Assembly (NCBI GenBank): GCA_964491455.1
Contig: CAZBFM010000001.1
Coordinates: 345,893-409,892 of the forward strand
DNA length: 64,000 nt
Origin: an uncultured Candidatus Saccharibacteria bacterium
GTDB lineage: Bacteria > Patescibacteriota > Minisyncoccia > 2-02-FULL-40-12 > GWA2-44-9
Reading direction: 5' to 3'
Part shown: positions 56,929-64,000 of the stretch, piece after piece
Position numbering within the stretch: position 1 is the first letter of the stretch
How the letters are laid out: the number at the start of each line of letters is the position of its first letter
Translations under genes and position numbers: made by a program
Notes under the pieces: generated by a model
What the model was told of the DNA's origin: nothing
Database searches by the model: none
Seen by the model: only the letters and a program-made list of their open reading frames with translations

Positions 56929-57882
56929 CTATTTGACTTCTGTCAATTCTCTCACCATCGGCTGATACAGCGTCGAAATATCAATCGAGTGTGTCGCAAT
57001 TGAGGAGATAGTACCATCGCGTAGGTGAACATCAACCATCATCCCACGTCGCGTTTCCTCCGACCAATTTTGATCAAACACAAAATTCCCCAATGAATAG
57101 ATGATCCACTTTCCGCGATACTGCTCGACATCCTGCACGACATGCGGATGATGTCCGATAATAACATCTGCCCCAGCATCGATGAGCTCGTGATAGATAC
57201 GCTCCTGGTGTGCGCTATGATGAAGCTCGTATTCTGTTCCAGTGTGGAATGACACCACGACGATATCCGCCACCGCGCGCGATCGTGCAATATCCTCTGA
57301 AGCGGATGCCGCTCGATACACCATAGCCCCAGCGCGCACATCAGTGGCCTGTGCCGATGCGGGTAAAATATCAGTATATGCAAGAAATGCTATGCGCGAG
57401 CCGTTCACGACGAGAACATGTGGCTTTCTGGCATCTTCCAGTGTCACTCCCCCACCAACAGCCATCATGTCCGATTCAGAAATATAGCGAAGCGTGTCTT
57501 CAAATGCCGGAAGTCCAAAATCCCAAACGTGGTTATTGGCGACAGATAGCACGTCGAATCCGGCTGCTCGCAAGCCCTCCATACCTCGCGGATCGGCACG
57601 GAAACAAAAGCCGCAACCATTCGCAAATCCCCGCGAGGATACGGTCGTCTCGAGGTTCCCAAACGTAAGATCCGCCGCACTTGTGATCGAAGCAATGCGT
57701 GCGAAAGGCCACACCCAATCATTGCGAGACCGCATCGCATCTCCAACGGAACGAGACAACATAATATCGCCAACAAAACGAAGAACGGTTTCGCTTGGCG
57801 ATGCACTAACCCCTGTCGGCAGCGGTGTTCGGTTCGATTCTATCTCCACCGTGTAATATCCGGAAGGGTGCCGCACAATCAT
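56929..57882 (-). CDS. CapA/PGA_cap-family metallophosphatase-like protein
   Basis: FVGDIMLSR ... DLTFGNLETT ... LSVANNHVWDFG ... VIIGHHPHVVQ. The start is uncertain: the ATG at 57882, or further upstream to include a TM helix. Confidence 0.65.
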   Translation of the reverse strand: MIVRHPSGYYTVEIESNRTPLPTGVSASPSETVLRFVGDIMLSRSVGDAMRSRNDWVWPFARIASITSAADLTFGNLETTVSSRGFANGCGFCFRADPRGMEGLRAAGFDVLSVANNHVWDFGLPAFEDTLRYISESDMMAVGGGVTLEDARKPHVLVVNGSRIAFLAYTDILPASAQATDVRAGAMVYRAASASEDIARSRAVADIVVVSFHTGTEYELHHSAHQERIYHELIDAGADVIIGHHPHVVQDVEQYRGKWIIYSLGNFVFDQNWSEETRRGMMVDVHLRDGTISSIATHSIDISTLYQPMVRELTEVK

Positions 57883-57935
57883 CCATCCACACAGCAAAAC
57901 CGTCACAGCGAGCACGATGAGTTGCCTATAGGTCA

Positions 57936-58247
57936 CTAGTAGAATGCGCCGGTAAGCGCGAGATATATACCTGCACCAACGAGCACGGCAATCGAAAATA
58001 GGACGACAGCATGAACATCGTAGTGTCGAGGCAGTAAACGCTCCGACATAGTGGGAGCTGGTGGCGCATCCTGTGGGGCGTATGAGCTGAGAACCGTATT
58101 TGCAGTAAGACGTCGATAGAGCTCGATGGCATCTTGCACATCGATGGTATACCAACCCGCTCGCGTCAGACGACGTGAGATCTCATCGTCGCTCGTCCCA
58201 TAATCTTTCGCTGTGCGTATATACTCGAGCAGTGCATGATATGGCAT
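57936..58247 (-). CDS. Small membrane hypothetical protein
   Basis: C-terminal TM helix. Confidence 0.35.
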   Translation of the reverse strand: MPYHALLEYIRTAKDYGTSDDEISRRLTRAGWYTIDVQDAIELYRRLTANTVLSSYAPQDAPPAPTMSERLLPRHYDVHAVVLFSIAVLVGAGIYLALTGAFY

Positions 58248-58267
58248 GGCTTTAGTATACCACGACC

Positions 58268-59584
58268 TTAATACGCAAATCGCTCGGAGTGGATTTGTTG
58301 CGATGGCACTCCAATACTTCGAAGCGACGCTATAATAGCATCCATCATAGGACCAGGACCGCACACGTACACGTCACGCTCTTTCACGTCACCTACGCAC
58401 TCCAGAATTGACTGGGCAGTGATCTGGCCCTGATGGAGATACGTACTCGACGGCACCGTTTCATCCGACAAAAAAACATGGGTACGCGGAACACGTGTAG
58501 CAATCTCAGAAAGCAACGCCGTATGAGCCTGCGAACGAGCGCCATACATCACCACCACGTCCCGCTCTTGCTTACCCAAGTCACCTGCCATTGCGCGCAC
58601 CGGAGTCACCCCGATACCGCCCCCGATCAACAAGAATTTATTCGTCCTCGCGACGCGCGGTGTAAACCTACCAAGCGGCCCATCAATAATCACACTCACG
58701 CCCGGCTTGAGATCGGCAATAAGCTTCGTGTCGTCTCCAAGAGATTTGATAGTAAATCGAAGCGTAACGCCATCATACTCCTGCGAAAAGGAGAATGGAT
58801 GCCCCGGCCAAAGACTTTTGGCTAAAAGATGAATATTAGCAAATTGACCTGACTCAAATCGAAATAACGCCATGTCGCGACCTGTTATATACACCGACCA
58901 CGCGTCTGGAGACTCCCGAACCACACGACTCACCACAAACCGGTGACGATACCACAGCGCAAATGGCCGAATGAATCGATACATCAGAAATACGCCCACC
59001 CCTACTGCATTCACGACATACCAATATGCGACGAACATCGACTGCGCAAAATCCCCTCCACTCTCGAGCTGATGTCCAAATGATAAGGCCATCGCAGCAT
59101 AGGTGAGTAAATGAATAAGATGCCACGACTCATATCGCAGTTTGCGGCGAACCCACGGGATGGATAATGCAATCACACCGTAGAGAAGAAGTGTCGCTCC
59201 GACAGCGGATAGTACATCTTCAAAACTGGTGACAAGGCTCACAAATGATGTCGGCGCAGCGACGCCAGATCGAGCTCCATATCCTACAGTCAACAACATA
59301 GGATGCGCAACAAGCAGCGCAACCAAAGAATATCCTAGCCAGCGATGGAATTGATTGAGTCGATCGTAGCCAAATGCCCGCTCGATGAACGTAATCCTGC
59401 CGATGAGTAACAATTGCAATACGAGCGCCCCCTGCAAAAGGAGCCCCGCGAGTCTGCCCAGGGCAATCGCAGGATTGCCACCTGTCCACGGAGAGCCCAT
59501 AAGAGGACCCGAATGTGCCCACCAAAAGAACGCCACAACTCCTATGTTGACCAGTACGCCAATCGTCAATAGGAATTTTTTCAT
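58268..59584 (-). CDS. Ferric reductase / NOX-like flavocytochrome (6-TM b-type heme domain plus FAD/NAD-binding domain)
   Basis: Paired His in the TM helices (HRWLGYSLVALLVAH; HLIHLLTYAAMALSFGH), HPFSFS FAD motif and LIGGGIGVTP NAD(P) motif. Confidence 0.7.
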   Translation of the reverse strand: MKKFLLTIGVLVNIGVVAFFWWAHSGPLMGSPWTGGNPAIALGRLAGLLLQGALVLQLLLIGRITFIERAFGYDRLNQFHRWLGYSLVALLVAHPMLLTVGYGARSGVAAPTSFVSLVTSFEDVLSAVGATLLLYGVIALSIPWVRRKLRYESWHLIHLLTYAAMALSFGHQLESGGDFAQSMFVAYWYVVNAVGVGVFLMYRFIRPFALWYRHRFVVSRVVRESPDAWSVYITGRDMALFRFESGQFANIHLLAKSLWPGHPFSFSQEYDGVTLRFTIKSLGDDTKLIADLKPGVSVIIDGPLGRFTPRVARTNKFLLIGGGIGVTPVRAMAGDLGKQERDVVVMYGARSQAHTALLSEIATRVPRTHVFLSDETVPSSTYLHQGQITAQSILECVGDVKERDVYVCGPGPMMDAIIASLRSIGVPSQQIHSERFAY

Positions 59585-59593
59585 ACGCGCAGC

Positions 59594-60049
59594 CTACTTC
59601 ACGACGACTCCAATCTTGAATGTCGCCAGGAGTTCCATTTGCTTCTGCTGCCCGCCGTGTTGATTCTGGAATGCTGACGTACCGTCGATGCCACAAATCT
59701 TGAAAATCGCGCGGTCACCGCCTGGATGCTTCGTGACAAATGCCGTGAGATCATAGACTGCGCCGCTAATTGCCGTATAGCAGTCGGCTTCGGTTTTATG
59801 CTGCGCGACCTGCGCCATCGTAAAGGTGGCGGCCTTCGGAGTGGCAGCTACTGAGACTGCTGGCGTCGGTGTTGGCGTTGCCTGAGGAGTCTCCGTCATC
59901 TGCGAGACAGGCGTAGGCGTCGCAACAACATCATCAACATCAGGTTTCGAAATAACAAAATATCCACCTATCGCTGCCAATAACACTACAAAAATAAGTA
60001 ATTTTTTCATACCGATACGATACCACGAAATAAAAAAGGAGGCGATCAC
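59594..60049 (-). CDS. Membrane-anchored cytochrome b5-like heme-binding domain protein
   Basis: N-terminal TM helix, PT-rich linker, then VTKHPGGDRAIFKICGIDGT (the HPGG motif). Confidence 0.6.
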   Translation of the reverse strand: MIASFFISWYRIGMKKLLIFVVLLAAIGGYFVISKPDVDDVVATPTPVSQMTETPQATPTPTPAVSVAATPKAATFTMAQVAQHKTEADCYTAISGAVYDLTAFVTKHPGGDRAIFKICGIDGTSAFQNQHGGQQKQMELLATFKIGVVVK

Positions 60050-60074
60050 GATACTCTGTGATCACCTCCTGGAC

Positions 60075-60329
60075 CTACGCCTCCGCGAAGAACTCCGAGG
60101 AGGGATGGTCGGACACCTCCTTGCGCTCGGGAATCGGCCACTCGTACGCCTTGCCCGCCGCGTCGTAGAGGCCACCGCGGGGATGCCGCTTCGTCACCTT
60201 GAGGGTGACGCGCACCTTGAAGCCGCCAGACCAGACCTCACCAGTCCCATCAGGACCGATGGTACCAAAGCAAGGAAGCAACTTCCCTGCGAGACGATTC
60301 CGACGTCGAGCCATAGACTCTCCCTTCAT
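60075..60329 (-). CDS. Small basic hypothetical protein
   Basis: ORF only. May start at MARRRNRL. Confidence 0.3.
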   Translation of the reverse strand: MKGESMARRRNRLAGKLLPCFGTIGPDGTGEVWSGGFKVRVTLKVTKRHPRGGLYDAAGKAYEWPIPERKEVSDHPSSEFFAEA

Positions 60330-60338
60330 GCTTCACCG

Positions 60339-60382
60339 AAATAGCAAAGCGTATATAAATAATAGCACCTTATTTGCTATTT
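60339..60382. promoter_or_regulatory. Operator-like repeats: AAATAGCAAA ... AATAGCA ... TTTGCTATTT (an inverted pair plus a third direct half-site)
   Basis: Read directly. AT-rich and located between the kinase-like gene stop and the small gene start. Confidence 0.35.
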
Positions 60383-60409
60383 GTCAATATCCCAACAACC
60401 CCGTGTAAT

Positions 60410-61732
60410 CTAGACATGTATCGGCCACTCTTCAATTTCATGATGAAGTAACGGGGCCAAGTTCTCGCCCTGCACGACCACGGAAGATAAAATCTTTCTC
60501 ATCCAGAGAGCTGCGGAAGTGCTATTCGTTTGCTGCTCCTGGAGCTTCGCGTGGTCTAGCTCACGTTCGAAACCATCCAGAAACGCGGTGGCGCATTCAT
60601 GGCGCGACCCAATATTCAATCCGGCCTGCCGTGCAGCTTTCAACAACATGCGAAGGCCATAGCAGGCATCGCGCATATCTTTTATATGACTTCGACGCAC
60701 ACCAGAGTAAAGCCGAATATTACCCGGCGTCTTCTCGTCGCGCCAATGAGAAATAGTGCCGACATCGGCTATCTCCGCAGCGAGCGTCACGTTAGCGGAA
60801 TGAAGATAGCCATGATCAAGACCAAGATTCAGAAGAATGGCAATATTCTTACCCATGCGCAAAAAAAATTCTTGAAAAAACATCTGCTCCTCCTCTCGAT
60901 TTCCTATTCGAAGTACAGGAAATGGAAGCTCTTTATCCTGTGACTCTTTGTTGAAAATTTCAAAAGCCCGTTCAAATAGCTGACGTCGACGCTCATCTGA
61001 TTGACTTGCTTCCGCGATGCGATTACTTACCTTAAACAATCGAACTACCTCGTACGGTACATAGTCAGCACGCGGAGAAATTACGCTCCTCCTTCGCAAC
61101 TCTTCGACTGGCATCATAGCGCCGTGGAACGGAAGACTACGCAACTCCACCATCCCCCAATACAGTTCAGTGCGTAATCCAGCAGCAATAAGTTCTTCTG
61201 ATTTTTCTATGAGCCTGCCGCCAGTCGCTTCTTCTCGGGAAATTAATCCAAGCACCTTATATCCCTGATCATTCACTCCCTCGTTATCAGGAATCGCCCA
61301 TGATGAATAGTGATCAAAATCAAGCCCCTTAGCAGACGGCTTTAAATAGCCAACCCCCTTCGTACTCACACCATAAAAGAATTCACGTCCAGTAGATGCA
61401 GACGTTCGATCCAACGCGACACTACTTTTCACATTATGATCATTCACTGCCCTCCAATGAGGGGCTTCGATCGTAAGTGATTTCGAGCCGGCATGAGGAT
61501 TAATAAATACTATAAAATCACTCAAGGATCGCTCGCAAGTGACATGTTCATTGCGCGCAATTACCTGAAAATCGGATCCTTCCGCGAGCGAAGAAAATCG
61601 TTCAATAGTATCGCGAATGCCCTCAATTTCGCGACCAGAAACTCCATCGAGCTCTTCGAGTGTTGGCTGCTGCGGACGCTCGTGAATCGCACCCTCGTTC
61701 ATGATTGTGATGTTGGCCAGGTACCGTGCCAC
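60410..61732 (-). CDS. Protein-kinase-like fold phosphotransferase (hypothetical)
   Basis: LDHGYLHSANVTL resembles the catalytic loop (HGDLHxxN) and IADVG resembles DFG. Confidence 0.4.
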   Translation of the reverse strand: MARYLANITIMNEGAIHERPQQPTLEELDGVSGREIEGIRDTIERFSSLAEGSDFQVIARNEHVTCERSLSDFIVFINPHAGSKSLTIEAPHWRAVNDHNVKSSVALDRTSASTGREFFYGVSTKGVGYLKPSAKGLDFDHYSSWAIPDNEGVNDQGYKVLGLISREEATGGRLIEKSEELIAAGLRTELYWGMVELRSLPFHGAMMPVEELRRRSVISPRADYVPYEVVRLFKVSNRIAEASQSDERRRQLFERAFEIFNKESQDKELPFPVLRIGNREEEQMFFQEFFLRMGKNIAILLNLGLDHGYLHSANVTLAAEIADVGTISHWRDEKTPGNIRLYSGVRRSHIKDMRDACYGLRMLLKAARQAGLNIGSRHECATAFLDGFERELDHAKLQEQQTNSTSAALWMRKILSSVVVQGENLAPLLHHEIEEWPIHV

Positions 61733-63993
61733 TGCTCCCTACCATCTTCATCTATCTCCCAAATTTTAACACATGGGACGCGTCCAAAGTGATCCCAAAT
61801 AGGATACGTATTAAAATTTGTTTCTGGTGTCGATTGTAGTCCAATTCGTGGACAATCAACAAAACGACGACGATACACATCAGATACGCTTTGACGATTC
61901 GTAGATGCCATACCTCGTTGATCCATAGGAATTGCTACGCACTGTCGCTGTTGCGCGAGGGGAAGACTCACTCCTGACGCTCGCCGCTCGTGCCACATTC
62001 GCCGTGCAGTCTCCACTGCCTCACGAAGCGTCGCAAGTACAAATTGATCTGCGTCAACTGATTGAATTAAATTTTCCACTGGATTATTCGCCCGCACTAC
62101 CAGCACTTCGGTTTGTCGGGCTGGCTGCTCTTCTGGTCGCGTATGCGCTTGAATTGCTAACACTGATCCCCGGCAACGCTCACGAGACGTTTGACGTCCG
62201 GTAACAAATATCCATGAGCGCAATGATTTATGCTGGCCATCGGCAAGCTCAAAATGGCGTTCCGTATGGCATGAGTCCCCGAGATCCCCCGAGTAAATAT
62301 TCAGAAGCCCGGAAACAGGAATCATGGCAACGGGTATGGTTTTAGTAGTGGGCTCACTGCTGATACCAAGAACACGGTCCATCTTTTTGACTAGTTTCGT
62401 AATCGGTAGATGCCCAGTTTGCACATCGAGTGTTTGCTGCCATGCCAAGGTTAATGCATCAAGCAGACGGTCAGAGAATGGTTTGTGCTCAGTATGATCT
62501 TCGTGTTGCACATAATGGAGATAATGCTCTTCCACATACTGCTTGGAGAGCTTGTGGAGATCTCGAACTGCATTCTCATCCAGCGACGAGCTCATACCCG
62601 TGACGACACTCCGCATCTCATCGGGCATAATGTCTAACATGTGCAACGCTGACAGCTCACGTAACTCTCGTGCCATCGGAAATCGCGAATGTAATTCTGC
62701 TAGTCGCTCAAGCGTCATCGGATATGCGCTATACGGCGCTATATGCACAAAATCCTTGCGAATCTGATCGATCGTCTCCCAGGCATCTCGCAAGGCAAGA
62801 CGCTTTTTCTCATACCCTTGTCGTCCACGAGGAGTCCGTAGAGCCTTCGCCGCGCTCCGGAGTTTCGTTCTCTGAGCATCAGTAAGTGCGTACTGCGCTG
62901 CGCGCTCGAGATCATCCGGAGTGCGATCCAGCAGTGAGGACAATTCCTTCGCCTCCAATTTCAAACTGTCTAATCGAGTATCAAACCAGTCACGAGCATA
63001 ATTCTTGCCCGCCACATTCCATGCCGACAAGAGCGGCTGGCAAACGTCCGCCACTTCCTGACTTGAAAAAAATGCCTGCAGGTCACGCTCCCCTTGATTC
63101 GTCAGCGGAGGTCGTTCACTTTGTTGAATCGGCACGCGAAGTTCCGACTCTCGAAATCCGATTGGCAAACGTCCGATTTCCGGATGCTTCGCAAGCGTTG
63201 CCTGCCACCGATGCACAACCTCGGCAAGACTATGATTTCGTCCAAATTGCGTCTCTCCTTTAATGCGATCGAACGACTCGGAGCCTAACTTGGACAACAG
63301 CTGATTTGGCACCTCATCGTGCAGTAATTGCGCCTGCATGAGGCCAAGACTTTTTGCAATTTCATTAAAAATTTCGAGTGACGCCTGAAATCGTAGCGAA
63401 CCGTCGTTGCGATACAGTCGTATCCCAAAATCTTCGCACAATCCTCGAATCCATTCGGGTAGCATAGCTGGATTTTCATTACGACGTATTTGTATGTACA
63501 GCGCAAAGAGGTTTTGCAGATTGTACATCCCAACCGCTTCGATGAAAGAAACCAAAAACTCCGCATCACGTGGATCGTCAAGTGTAATGATGCGCCGCTC
63601 AAAAGCCGATTCGAGTAATGGTTGCAGTTCTTGATCCCAGGGATTGTTGTCTACATTGGCAGAGATGGCCTGTACCTTCTCAAGGCGAACGATTGCCCGC
63701 ATCCAAGGATCTGAAAACGTTTTTTCCAATTGCACCTTTACCTCACCTGAAATTGCTCCCATCGCGGATCGCATCAAGGTGAGCCGACGAAAAACACCTT
63801 CAGGATGGTGCGTGAGTCTGCCGCGCAACTTATGCAACACGAAATCGCCATCCACTGCAATCTGCTTTTGTTCAATACGAGATATGACTTTTCGCAAGGT
63901 ATCGCTATGTTCATAATCAACCGCAGTTGCTAGCGCTGACGACAGCAGCTTACTCCAAAGATCTGGCGACTGAAACGCAGTTAAGCGCGCCAT
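61699..63993 (-). CDS. Large hypothetical protein (764 aa), co-operonic with the kinase-like gene
   Basis: Complete ORF with a 34-nt overlap with the downstream gene and no recognised motifs. Confidence 0.4.
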   Translation of the reverse strand: MARLTAFQSPDLWSKLLSSALATAVDYEHSDTLRKVISRIEQKQIAVDGDFVLHKLRGRLTHHPEGVFRRLTLMRSAMGAISGEVKVQLEKTFSDPWMRAIVRLEKVQAISANVDNNPWDQELQPLLESAFERRIITLDDPRDAEFLVSFIEAVGMYNLQNLFALYIQIRRNENPAMLPEWIRGLCEDFGIRLYRNDGSLRFQASLEIFNEIAKSLGLMQAQLLHDEVPNQLLSKLGSESFDRIKGETQFGRNHSLAEVVHRWQATLAKHPEIGRLPIGFRESELRVPIQQSERPPLTNQGERDLQAFFSSQEVADVCQPLLSAWNVAGKNYARDWFDTRLDSLKLEAKELSSLLDRTPDDLERAAQYALTDAQRTKLRSAAKALRTPRGRQGYEKKRLALRDAWETIDQIRKDFVHIAPYSAYPMTLERLAELHSRFPMARELRELSALHMLDIMPDEMRSVVTGMSSSLDENAVRDLHKLSKQYVEEHYLHYVQHEDHTEHKPFSDRLLDALTLAWQQTLDVQTGHLPITKLVKKMDRVLGISSEPTTKTIPVAMIPVSGLLNIYSGDLGDSCHTERHFELADGQHKSLRSWIFVTGRQTSRERCRGSVLAIQAHTRPEEQPARQTEVLVVRANNPVENLIQSVDADQFVLATLREAVETARRMWHERRASGVSLPLAQQRQCVAIPMDQRGMASTNRQSVSDVYRRRFVDCPRIGLQSTPETNFNTYPIWDHFGRVPCVKIWEIDEDGREQWHGTWPTSQS

Positions 63994-64000
63994 AGCCTCT

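Noticed and set aside
57815-57870. GGTTCGATTCTATCTCCACC resembling a tRNA T-arm plus CCA end
   Set aside because: The flanks do not form a D-arm or anticodon arm. The region codes for the N-terminal part of the CapA-like protein.
1-64000. CRISPR arrays, rRNA, integrase/transposase or other mobile-element signatures
   Set aside because: No short direct repeats with regular spacers occur, apart from the in-gene LRR repeats. No rRNA-like conserved segments and no recombinase-like ORFs are present. The window appears to be chromosomal backbone plus a glycan island.

Overview
This is a compact bacterial segment with tightly packed genes and frequent 1-4 nt stop/start overlaps. The gene content and style are consistent with a reduced genome, possibly Patescibacteria/CPR, but I cannot confirm that. 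About 17.5 kb (positions 1-17501) form one almost uninterrupted minus-strand glycan-assembly island, followed by one plus-strand family-4 glycosyltransferase gene to 18717. It holds about 11 family-4, two family-2, one family-9 and one CgeB-like glycosyltransferase, five SAM methyltransferases (one FkbM-type), a B12-binding radical SAM enzyme, a NodB deacetylase and a WxcM/FdtA-like cupin. It has no nucleotide-sugar synthesis, priming-transferase, Wzx/Wzy flippase/polymerase or ABC export genes. Immediately downstream sits a 1065-aa signal-peptide-bearing Thr/Ser/Gly/Ala-rich surface protein (18876-22073) and a membrane-anchored lamin-tail-domain protein. The rest of the window mixes housekeeping genes (hisS, rpsT, queA, rsmE, a CsaA-like tRNA-binding protein) with many DNA-repair genes. 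These are lexA plus a Y-family polymerase, uvrB, ruvA, MutY-like and Nth-like glycosylases that both lack the Fe-S cysteine motif, xseA/xseB and a minimal ATP-dependent DNA ligase. Also present are secreted foldases (FKBP, cyclophilin), a 2-Cys peroxiredoxin, MFS and ABC transporters, an RlpA-like protein, and a CapA / NOX-like ferric reductase / cytochrome-b5 trio. Several clusters of unrecognisable proteins remain: 23819-25179, 28111-30282, 33321-34447, 45823-46843, 51751-54335 and 60075-63993. Regulatory elements visible by eye include a perfect palindrome GGTGTAC-N4-GTACACC in the divergent lexA promoter (candidate SOS box) and a 12-bp inverted repeat that includes the Shine-Dalgarno of the gene downstream of the peroxiredoxin. 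Several intrinsic terminator hairpins and a triple AATAGCA operator-like repeat are also present. No rRNA, tRNA or CRISPR array is detected. The strongest candidates for an undescribed system are the glycosylation island with its giant surface protein, the SOS-linked membrane PH-AlbA_2 protein, and the three-gene kinase-like cluster at the right end.
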